This document shows positions 56,525 to 64,000 of a stretch of 64,000 nt of DNA, piece by piece. Position 1 is the stretch's first letter. Every line of letters starts with the position of its first letter. This DNA comes from a virus: the IMG/VR virus record IMGVR_UViG_3300028588_000016, positions 96,001-160,000 of that record; one strand, given 5' to 3'. The notes below the pieces were generated by a model. The model did no database searches and was not told where the DNA came from. It saw only the letters and a list, made by a program, of their open reading frames with translations. The position numbers and the translations under genes were made by a program.

Positions 56525-56742
56525 TGGCAATTAACTTAACTACATTAAGAGAACAACATAACATCGAAGTTATGATTAAGTCTTGGAAAGAAGGTGGCGA
56601 TATTGTCTATGTATATAGCGTAAACGAATTAGGAAAACCCTCTAAATACAGTTTAGAAAACAAGTCTCTAACTTATCGTGAAGCACTAGCTAAAGCGTTT
56701 AACAAAGCTAACGAACAAATTCAAAATGAAAAGAGAATTTAA
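56524..56742 (+). CDS. hypothetical protein
   Basis: 72-aa ORF. Confidence 0.55.
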   Translation: MAINLTTLREQHNIEVMIKSWKEGGDIVYVYSVNELGKPSKYSLENKSLTYREALAKAFNKANEQIQNEKRI

Positions 56743-57907
56743 ATTAATAAAAGAGTATCCAGGTTCTCCTAAGAAAGGTGCTGTAATTACAGAATCATTA
56801 CGCGTTACTATAAACAATAGTAGAACAGCGAACAAGGAAGAGAATCAATACACTATCAAAGTGGACAGTCAACACTGTGACGGTTGTAGATTCAATATAA
56901 AGAACCCACAAGACTTCCCAGAATTCTGGCAAGAGGTTACTAAGGATTACGAAATATTATCCTTTACAAACGAAGCTGGTAGTATCTTTACTAGAACTGA
57001 AGATAGAAGATATTGGTTAAATCATCATCCTTTTACTGAACGTTGGTTAATTGATAACAAAGATATGTTCATACATTCAGTCAAACGTCTAAAAGACGGA
57101 CAAATCTTTACAGTAGGCGATCTAATTGAACGTAGCCGTGAGTATAAAGTATACAATACTATTAAGAAGATAGAGTTCGGTAGTGACTTGGGTTCTGATC
57201 TTAAAATTCGTATAGACTTTGAAAAGGCTTCTAACAAAACTGAAGAGCATGGTTACAATCGTTTCGCATGGTTAAACGAGTTGAGAAAACCAGAAGAAGA
57301 GAAGTATCTTATTGAATCTTTTATCATTAAGTTACCAAGTGGTAAAGAAGAAGTTGCTTACATACGCGATCAAGGTGGTTATTCAACTATAGACGACGGT
57401 ATTACTTATCCTGCATTAGCTTATCTAAATGAGACCTCTAAAGCTAACGGATGGAGAATACGTTCAGTTATGCGTATCGAAGACAAAGAAGTATTTAAAC
57501 TAGGCGACTTTTGTGCTCCAGATAGTGTAATAACTAACAGAGCACCTATAGATAAGATAGAATTCTGTAAAGCAGGTTATCTTAGATTTCAAGCTAAAGA
57601 TAAGTATTACGTTGGTATTGACAATCTTGTTAAGCTTGAAGTAATACTTAACACAAGAGACGGTGTCAACAAGTACAAAGGTGACAAAGTCTATTGGACT
57701 AAGGAAGACATCTTTTCTACTACTAACATACCTATTAGGCTCAGTGCAGGTTATCGACCTAAACCTGATATGATTTACTTCGATTCAAAAGATTTATTAC
57801 AAGACTATATCACTACAAATAAACCGTTACTGTCTCATCGTGAAGCAACTACGCTAAGTCATTTAGAAATGTATCAGTTAGTTAAATCACGCTTAAATTT
57901 TAAATAA
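56726..57907 (+). CDS. hypothetical protein with two internal repeats
   Basis: IHSVKRLKDGQIFTVGD and IRSVMRIEDKEVFKLGD. Confidence 0.75.
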   Translation: MKREFKLIKEYPGSPKKGAVITESLRVTINNSRTANKEENQYTIKVDSQHCDGCRFNIKNPQDFPEFWQEVTKDYEILSFTNEAGSIFTRTEDRRYWLNHHPFTERWLIDNKDMFIHSVKRLKDGQIFTVGDLIERSREYKVYNTIKKIEFGSDLGSDLKIRIDFEKASNKTEEHGYNRFAWLNELRKPEEEKYLIESFIIKLPSGKEEVAYIRDQGGYSTIDDGITYPALAYLNETSKANGWRIRSVMRIEDKEVFKLGDFCAPDSVITNRAPIDKIEFCKAGYLRFQAKDKYYVGIDNLVKLEVILNTRDGVNKYKGDKVYWTKEDIFSTTNIPIRLSAGYRPKPDMIYFDSKDLLQDYITTNKPLLSHREATTLSHLEMYQLVKSRLNFK

Positions 57908-58035
57908 TGGATAAATTCCTTATATTAACACCCGCTGTTCAAATAACAGCTATAATAGCATTCATGGTATGTTTTGCTGTATTCTGGATCTCATTTACTG
58001 ATTCATGGGGAAGTATCTTTAGAAAGAAAAGATGA
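57907..58035 (+). CDS. small membrane peptide (42 aa)
   Basis: Hydrophobic; overlaps both neighbours. Confidence 0.45.
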   Translation: MDKFLILTPAVQITAIIAFMVCFAVFWISFTDSWGSIFRKKR

Positions 58036-58532
58036 ACTATATAGAGAAATTAGATTTGACTCTGAAGAACCTTCAGAAGGTTTATGACGAGTTACCTGCA
58101 TTAGCAGAAAAGATACCGGCAATACGTACTGATTTCGACATATGTCACTTCGGTGTATATTGGGCACAAACTAAACAATTTGTACTCACTAACGATTGTG
58201 GTACAACAGGTTGTCTATTAGGTAATGCTGCTAGACTATTTGATTTACAAAATAATGCTTATTATCATCATGTAGGTGCTAGATTAGAGTTTTCTTACAT
58301 GCATTTCGGATCAACTATTTTTCCTGCTCTTTATCGTGCTTATAAAGACGGTACACCTAATATGTGGCAACCTAACGATATGTGGGATTATCTATTCAGT
58401 GAACATTGGGCACACACTCAGCCAACCTTTGATCAAGCTATTGCACGTCTCAAATACTTCTTAGAAGTTAAAGGTGATGTAGGTGAAGAAGGTGTTGATT
58501 GGTTTTTCAGACCAGAAGTAGAAGACTATTAA
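58032..58532 (+). CDS. hypothetical phage protein with CGTxxCxxG motif
   Basis: NDCGTTGCLLG. Confidence 0.7.
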   Translation: MNYIEKLDLTLKNLQKVYDELPALAEKIPAIRTDFDICHFGVYWAQTKQFVLTNDCGTTGCLLGNAARLFDLQNNAYYHHVGARLEFSYMHFGSTIFPALYRAYKDGTPNMWQPNDMWDYLFSEHWAHTQPTFDQAIARLKYFLEVKGDVGEEGVDWFFRPEVEDY

Positions 58533-58544
58533 TTATAAATAACT

Positions 58545-58781
58545 ATGAAACTACCTAGAAAATTAAAGAAGCTGTTTAATAAGCTATACATTGGTGAAAA
58601 AACTCAACAGAACTTTAACTGGGTATTTCATAAACGTATGGTTATTATTCACAACTACGTACTAGGAGAGATACCTATCAAACTAACAAAACAAGACGAG
58701 ACGTTCATAAGGAACGGCTTATTAGTTAACCCTAAATTTAAAGTTCCTTATGGCGAAGTACGGAATACAAAAAGGCGATAA
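58545..58781 (+). CDS. hypothetical protein
   Basis: 78 aa, KLPRKLKK start. Confidence 0.55.
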   Translation: MKLPRKLKKLFNKLYIGEKTQQNFNWVFHKRMVIIHNYVLGEIPIKLTKQDETFIRNGLLVNPKFKVPYGEVRNTKRR

Positions 58782-58950
58782 AATACGCGCACGTTACAAT
58801 CACACACGTGAAGAGAACGGTCCTACTATTGTTCACGAAGGTGGAGATATAGGTAAAGAGTTAACTGTAACCAAAGTTTGGAGTCACGGTGTGAGAACAA
58901 GAGAACATGGTTACATTCACAATAACAGAATACTAAGTAAAGCTGAATAA
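58750..58950 (+). CDS. small SH3/KOW-like protein
   Basis: IQKGDKIR...G..LTVTKV. Confidence 0.5.
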   Translation: MAKYGIQKGDKIRARYNHTREENGPTIVHEGGDIGKELTVTKVWSHGVRTREHGYIHNNRILSKAE

Positions 58951-59240
58951 TGGAAGACTTTATAAAAGAAAACATTGAGAAGCTAGGCTTCAAATTAATT
59001 AAATACGAAGAAAGCACTTGGGATAAAGGTGTTTTCTACGGAGTTGCTCACGATATTAAAGCTAACGGCATGACTCAACTACAATGGTGTAGCGGAGGTC
59101 ACAGTTGTACTTATTTCGGTGACAAATTAGAAAAGAACATCTCTATCGGTGTTAAAAAAGATGGTGGAACTCGTCACGCATTTAATGGTTATGTGTTCAC
59201 ACTTGAAGACTTCGAACGCGTACTTAAACTTACTTGGTAA
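58950..59240 (+). CDS. hypothetical protein
   Basis: 96-aa ORF. Confidence 0.6.
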   Translation: MEDFIKENIEKLGFKLIKYEESTWDKGVFYGVAHDIKANGMTQLQWCSGGHSCTYFGDKLEKNISIGVKKDGGTRHAFNGYVFTLEDFERVLKLTW

Positions 59241-59416
59241 TGAACGGAGAACAATACAATCAAGCACTTATCGCTTTCAGTGATGCAGAAAGAATCATCA
59301 TCACTTTAAATAAAATACGTGCTGATAAGAGAGATCCTTTCCTTAACGATCAAGAGAAAGCCGAAGTTCTATCAGAACAATTAAGTAAGTTTGGATTAAC
59401 AATTTACGAGCCATGA
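59234..59416 (+). CDS. hypothetical protein
   Basis: 60-aa ORF. Confidence 0.5.
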   Translation: MVMNGEQYNQALIAFSDAERIIITLNKIRADKRDPFLNDQEKAEVLSEQLSKFGLTIYEP

Positions 59417-59790
59417 CATTAGAAGCACTAAACATAACACTAATCATCTTATTTTGGCATTTCATAGCTGACTTCTTATGTCAAACTGATTGGATGGCTA
59501 ACAATAAGAGTAAGGGTTGGGATGCGTTGCTATGGCATACGGCTATTTACAGCGTATTGTGGTTTTTTCCTGTAATAACTTACGGAATAATATACGATGC
59601 TCCACAAAGAATAATACTATTTGTACCTATTACATTCGTAGCACATACTGTTACTGATTATATTACAAGTAGAGAAACTACTAAATTGTGGACAGATGGT
59701 AAAATTAGACCTTTCTTTCATGTTATAGGATTAGATCAATACTTGCACTACATACAATTATTTGTAACCTTTTACGCACTAACACGATGA
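59413..59790 (+). CDS. DUF3307-like membrane protein
   Basis: HFIADFLCQT.WMA..K, H...D, DQYLH motifs. Confidence 0.75.
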   Translation: MTLEALNITLIILFWHFIADFLCQTDWMANNKSKGWDALLWHTAIYSVLWFFPVITYGIIYDAPQRIILFVPITFVAHTVTDYITSRETTKLWTDGKIRPFFHVIGLDQYLHYIQLFVTFYALTR

Positions 59791-60185
59791 AAGACGGAGA
59801 CTTAAAATACTATCCATTTCTTAATAGTTGGATTAATCATGTTTTACTGAATCCTCAAGTTCAGCCAGAAAAGTTTGGTATAACTATAGACGTGTATCGT
59901 TATCATAGTAAAACTAATTATCCATTTTATTTAGATCGCCCTAATTACTACGAAGCTTTTAAATCTATCTTCATTAGAGAAGACTCTATAGAGGTTCGCA
60001 AGAATCTAGATAGTATAGTTAAAATGGGTTGGGCTGATCCTCGTATTCTATCTCCAAGTATTGAAGAAACTATTCAATTAGTGCGTTCACGCTTCGGATG
60101 GAAACCTTTTGATCTTACTGAATTCAGTCGAGATTTTGATGAAGAAGTAACCAGAGATACACAATGCTACAAGAACAATTCGTAA
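59787..60185 (+). CDS. hypothetical protein
   Basis: 132-aa ORF. Confidence 0.6.
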   Translation: MKDGDLKYYPFLNSWINHVLLNPQVQPEKFGITIDVYRYHSKTNYPFYLDRPNYYEAFKSIFIREDSIEVRKNLDSIVKMGWADPRILSPSIEETIQLVRSRFGWKPFDLTEFSRDFDEEVTRDTQCYKNNS

Positions 60186-60529
60186 CAAAAGAGATAGCTT
60201 ATACTTTAAAGAGAATGGGTTTCTCTGAAAAGTGTTTTGGTTATTACAGTGCAATGGCTGATCGCGTTTCGTTACAAGTAGGTTGTTCCAATCCAGGATT
60301 TGTTAAACAGTCTGAAGGAATAGCACACGGTAAGAGTATTCGTATGAGAGCTAGAATAGCTGCGCCTTTATGGCAACAAGCTCAAGATTTCTTAAACTGT
60401 AAACTATATTCTAACGAAATAACGGATCATTTAGTAGACACTAGAGAAATCATCATCTTACAATTAATTGATTACGTAACAGAACATGAACGCAATAGAA
60501 ATACTGAAGATACAACAAGAAATTATTAA
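60164..60529 (+). CDS. hypothetical protein
   Basis: FV..EIA..LK..GF.E.C.GYY...APLWQQ motif common in Bacteroidota phages. Confidence 0.65.
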   Translation: MLQEQFVTKEIAYTLKRMGFSEKCFGYYSAMADRVSLQVGCSNPGFVKQSEGIAHGKSIRMRARIAAPLWQQAQDFLNCKLYSNEITDHLVDTREIIILQLIDYVTEHERNRNTEDTTRNY

Positions 60530-60896
60530 ACGTGAGTGGTTTAAAGCTTACGGTAGTGTACCCAATCTATCAGGAATGTGTCTAGTAGGTTACGAATGTA
60601 ACTCTATGGCTAATTGGTTTGGAGACAACGGATTAGATATCGATTTGTTTAATGTTGAACATGATGCAGACGGTATATTCTCTATTCATCCTAAATCACT
60701 TGAAGGTTTATGGGATAATAACGGTTGGACTATTTACGAAGGTTATGATAAACTACCTAAAGAAGAAGCTTATTACGAAATGGTAGACAGAGCTGCAAAC
60801 ATAAGTGTAGTATCTGTATGTGATCTCATGAGAGCAGCTTCAAATGCCACATTAACTCACTACAGGAAGTACGAACCCAAACTTCCTTTTTATTAA
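60486..60896 (+). CDS. hypothetical protein
   Basis: 136-aa ORF. Confidence 0.6.
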   Translation: MNAIEILKIQQEIIKREWFKAYGSVPNLSGMCLVGYECNSMANWFGDNGLDIDLFNVEHDADGIFSIHPKSLEGLWDNNGWTIYEGYDKLPKEEAYYEMVDRAANISVVSVCDLMRAASNATLTHYRKYEPKLPFY

Positions 60897-60932
60897 AATA
60901 TTCTAACTTTCATTGTTAGGACTATTGGGTTG

Positions 60933-60962
60933 CCGGCGGGATGGGGATCCTGCCGGTTTTTT
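60933..60962 (+). terminator. intrinsic terminator
   Basis: CCGGCGGGAT-GGGG-ATCCTGCCGG plus T6. Confidence 0.85.
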
Positions 60963-60982
60963 ACTTATCTAAATTAACTCTA

Positions 60983-61231
60983 ATGATTAAAACAGATCCA
61001 CTCAAAGACTTAGAAGCCACAAAGGCTATCGCTCTTAAATATGCTAGAGCAAACAACAAGAATTATCATATAATTCTATTTAATCCAGTTAAAGGTCAAT
61101 TCGATCCAGAAACTTCAACCTACTCATTTGTAGAAGATGATTACTTCAAAATTGAAAGACCTAATTCATTAAAATTAACGACAACCGATGAACTTCGTGG
61201 AAAAGAGAAAGCCGCTGCTACAATTAGATAA
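60983..61231 (+). CDS. hypothetical protein
   Basis: Start moved to ATG 60983 because the track start lies within the terminator. Confidence 0.6.
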   Translation: MIKTDPLKDLEATKAIALKYARANNKNYHIILFNPVKGQFDPETSTYSFVEDDYFKIERPNSLKLTTTDELRGKEKAAATIR

Positions 61232-61246
61232 GGATGCTAAGTTTGG

Positions 61247-61525
61247 TTGGGGAATTATAATCTTCATTGTAGCGTTAGCAGCTCATTCTATTTACCGATT
61301 AATGCACACATTCTAATGTACGATATCCCAATTAAGCAACAAGCAAGGTTTTACAGCTTATGCTGTAATCGTATGGTAAGTACTATGCCTAGAACTCTTA
61401 GTGAATTCTTAGCAGGAGTAGAAGAAGTACACATCTGTAAAGGTTGTACTGAAATTTGTAATGTAGAATTAAAACCAGTTTATGAAGAAGTCAACAAAGG
61501 AATCTATCGTAAAATCGAGTACTGA
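61247..61525 (+). CDS. hypothetical Cys-containing protein
   Basis: SLCC...CKGCTEIC possible Zn ribbon. Confidence 0.5.
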   Translation: MGNYNLHCSVSSSFYLPINAHILMYDIPIKQQARFYSLCCNRMVSTMPRTLSEFLAGVEEVHICKGCTEICNVELKPVYEEVNKGIYRKIEY

Positions 61526-61742
61526 CATTCCTATACCTCAAACTATTGTTTGTCTAAATAAAACATGGTTATACGATAGCACTAACGGAGCAAAGATTAA
61601 AGCAAGAAACATACAAGCCTATCTAAGAACTAAGTTAGGGTTACCTACTTTAACTCCACCTGTTATTCCACAAAAGCATCGTGCAATTAAACGTAAAGGA
61701 GCAATTACTCCTAGATGGATTGATAACTATTACGGAAACTAA
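61482..61742 (+). CDS. hypothetical basic protein
   Basis: 86-aa ORF. Confidence 0.55.
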   Translation: MKKSTKESIVKSSTDIPIPQTIVCLNKTWLYDSTNGAKIKARNIQAYLRTKLGLPTLTPPVIPQKHRAIKRKGAITPRWIDNYYGN

Positions 61743-61918
61743 CTATGCGACTAAAGAAAAAAGAAAAACAGGGACTAGGTTGCTTAACTATTTTGATTTT
61801 AGCAACAGGCATACCTATAGCTACATGGTTGTATTACGAATTTAAAGAGCCAGAACGTTATTACTTTATTGATATGTATCAAGAACAAGCTAATGAAGCT
61901 GCTGAGAAGAATAAGTAA

Positions 61919-62134
61919 ATGTATTATCGAAACTATCCACTAAGTCTACACAATAAAATACCATTTGGCAAATTCCGCGGAACTCCTGTGCGTATGATGT
62001 TTAGTAAACGTTATTGGTATTTGGTTTGGTTGCATGAAGTAACAAATTGTAAACTTGAACAATGGATATATGAGTTAGCTCTTAAGATTCGTTCTAACAG
62101 TAAAAGATACAAAAAGCGCTACACCATTAGCTAA
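61919..62134 (+). CDS. DUF3820-like small protein
   Basis: IPFGKFRG...Y..WL motif. Confidence 0.65.
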   Translation: MYYRNYPLSLHNKIPFGKFRGTPVRMMFSKRYWYLVWLHEVTNCKLEQWIYELALKIRSNSKRYKKRYTIS

Positions 62135-62149
62135 AAAGTTATGGCTTAT

Positions 62150-62325
62150 GAGGAGTGATGTCCGATGAGCTGAACCAAACCTTGTGTGATTGTAATGATC
62201 ACATTAGCAAGGACAGTGGTATTATGATTAATTACTAATCACGTGAGAATTTGAGAACTAACTGGCTGTAAAGACACAGGTAAATCCTCAATAAGCTGTA
62301 TTCTGACATCAATCGGACAATGCAG
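62150..62325 (+). ncRNA. candidate structured RNA, unidentified
   Basis: Closing stem TGTCCGAT/ATCGGACA with at least four internal helices; no ORF. Confidence 0.55.
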
Positions 62326-62379
62326 GTTCTATTTAACAAGTACGATAAACTTGTTTATTTTAACTTAAACTAAACTATC

Positions 62380-62775
62380 ATGATTATAAATAAAGACGTC
62401 GACTCATACAGTAATGTTACATATCACTTCTATATTCATAATGGATGTGTAGTGTATGTTCATAATTACAAAACCCTTTACGTATTCAAAGACGTATCTC
62501 CTAAGAGAGTAACCAGATCTAATCGTTGGAACAGTGTTAAAATGCCTGGCTTTAAGAAGATGAAGACTGTATACGTATCTAATGAACAACTTAAAGATCC
62601 TACGTTTTTACCTAATCTTTGGGCTGCTGAAACTATACGTAATATAGTATTCGGTGGTAAATTAGGTACTAAATATACTATGGACTGTATCGGATGGGGT
62701 GCTTCTAACGTTAGTTATTTTGGCGCAATGAGTTCTTCAAATAAACCTGGGTTTAAGATGCGAATTAATAAATAA
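62380..62775 (+). CDS. hypothetical protein
   Basis: 131 aa ending 2 nt before tmRNA. Confidence 0.6.
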   Translation: MIINKDVDSYSNVTYHFYIHNGCVVYVHNYKTLYVFKDVSPKRVTRSNRWNSVKMPGFKKMKTVYVSNEQLKDPTFLPNLWAAETIRNIVFGGKLGTKYTMDCIGWGASNVSYFGAMSSSNKPGFKMRINK

Positions 62776-62777
62776 AA

Positions 62778-63133
62778 GGGCGCGTTCTTGGTACTTGAGC
62801 GGGTAAGAACTAAAAGAGAAGCATGTAGTGCGTTGTTTGTGTGCACTTAAAAGAAGCATTCACATTTTTAACTGGCACTCCGGTGTACAGAATGGCTGCC
62901 TAGTCTCTAGGAGACGTAGTCATTCGCCCAGAAATGGGTTCGCGATCCATGACACTTGGGATCACATACTCGTGTTTAGACTTTGGCTGCAGTTGTGAGA
63001 CATCTGAACTGCAGATAGTTGTCTGTTTACAACAGAATAGGCCGTTCCTTATAGCCAATAAATGTAGGATAAACATGTAATGAAGGCTTTTACTATTTAC
63101 AACGTGACGAGGGTTCGACTCCCTCCGCGTCCA
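62778..63133 (+). ncRNA. ssrA: tmRNA
   Basis: Acceptor GGGCGCG/CGCGTCC with G3-U70 and A73; T-arm GAGGG-TTCGACT-CCCTC; tag ORF 62874-62903 after TAACT. Confidence 0.9.
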
Positions 63134-63170
63134 CTATGCACATGGTGTGCATCAATTAAATTAAATTACG

Positions 63171-63554
63171 ATGTTAAACGACAACAAACAACAACAATCG
63201 GTAATCCTTAAAGGCATTGCACAACAATTATTAACTATGCAAATGCCTACTTTTGACGAAGCAAACAAATTATTAGCTAGCTTCAGTGTCCGTTTAGTAA
63301 CAGAAGAAGAAGAACATAGACAATCTATTATTGCCGCATTAGCCGCAAATGAGAAGACTGTGTATTTTTGTTACGAATGTGAAGGCCCTAACAAAGAAAC
63401 TTTACGTTATAAAGTAGCTTTATCTTGGGAAAAGAGAAATCCAGAAACAATGGATCGCTTAGTCGCTTTAGAAAGTGTTAAAAGGTCTGCTTTTACAACA
63501 ACTAGTAAATCTGACGCTGAACATTTCATCAATAATCACATTATGCCTAGATAG
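63171..63554 (+). CDS. hypothetical protein
   Basis: 127-aa ORF. Confidence 0.6.
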   Translation: MLNDNKQQQSVILKGIAQQLLTMQMPTFDEANKLLASFSVRLVTEEEEHRQSIIAALAANEKTVYFCYECEGPNKETLRYKVALSWEKRNPETMDRLVALESVKRSAFTTTSKSDAEHFINNHIMPR

Positions 63555-63555
63555 T

Positions 63556-63756
63556 ATGTCAAAGAACTCAATGGAAAGACACAACAAAGGTAGAGTGAAC
63601 GGTGCTGATAGTTTCTTAGCAGACATCAGTAAAGCCGAAGCACTTACCTTAGCTGAGAAACACGGTTATGACGTAATGTTAAAATGTGTACCTAGAAGAA
63701 TCAAACGAGAAGTAGCTAGGAATAAAGCAAAGAAACAAAGAAACGAGCCTCTGTAG
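63556..63756 (+). CDS. small basic hypothetical protein
   Basis: Likely ATG 63556 just after upstream stop. Confidence 0.5.
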   Translation: MSKNSMERHNKGRVNGADSFLADISKAEALTLAEKHGYDVMLKCVPRRIKREVARNKAKKQRNEPL

Positions 63757-63995
63757 TTAACTGGCTAGTGTATCCTGCACGATAGAGAAATGATGTGACA
63801 ATCATAAGGAGCATGTAAGTTAGTTCAACTTACTCAGTCGGACAACAGTCTGTGAGTGTACTGAAGGCAGTGGTCTAAACACCTTAAATCCCTAACTTTC
63901 GAGGACAGCGTTAATCCATTATTCTAGTCAACGACGCCTTTAACGAGGTTTATAGTCAGGCAATACGGTAAATGGTAGTTGGGATTTTAAATAAC
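63757..63995 (+). ncRNA. candidate structured RNA, unidentified (may extend past window)
   Basis: Serial hairpins plus AAATCCC(T)AACT/AGTTGGGATTT closing stem. Confidence 0.55.
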
Positions 63996-64000
63996 AAAAC

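Noticed and set aside
60941-60982. 5' extension of the 96-aa ORF
   Set aside because: Start codon is embedded in a strong terminator hairpin.
62258-63767. TAACTGGC recurring in the tmRNA resume site and both flanking RNAs, suggesting extra tag ORFs
   Set aside because: Frames after the other copies do not give tag-like peptides and there is no tRNA-like domain; probably chance.
1-64000. Stop-codon reassignment (TAG-Gln or TGA-Trp) as in some crAss-like clades
   Set aside because: Core genes are intact in the standard code, TAG terminates real genes (e.g. scaffold gene, tmRNA tag), and no suppressor tRNA was found.
1-64000. CRISPR array, reverse transcriptase/DGR, integrase or transposase
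   Set aside because: No regularly spaced repeat-spacer array or corresponding protein motifs seen by eye; the Cas4-like nuclease is a usual crAss gene without an array.

Overview
AT-rich fragment of a large crAss-like (Crassvirales-type) dsDNA phage genome infecting a Bacteroidota host; genes read normally in the standard code and carry TAnnTTTG-type promoters. Positions 1-46.8 kb are almost all minus strand. They hold the conserved crAss virion module (muzzle/tail-stabilisation, ring proteins, auxiliary and major capsid, scaffold-like, portal, large terminase), a 2111-aa tail fibre with an S74 chaperone, a beta-helix/SGNH tailspike, lysis genes, GroES plus a full GroEL, and a 17-tRNA cluster interleaved with small ORFs. 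After a strand switch at about 46.9 kb, which has a G-quadruplex-like motif and an AT-rich gap, the plus strand carries dozens of small hypothetical genes. These are punctuated by an unusual density of non-coding RNAs: a ~600-nt ROOL-like RNA flanked by twin hairpin modules, a tRNA-like gene with a 16-nt anticodon loop, tRNA-Lys and tRNA-Cys, a tmRNA with tag GTPVYRMAA, and at least four unidentified multi-stem RNA candidates. All family assignments come from motif recognition by eye and memory; no database search was run. Replication and virion RNA polymerase genes are not in this window.
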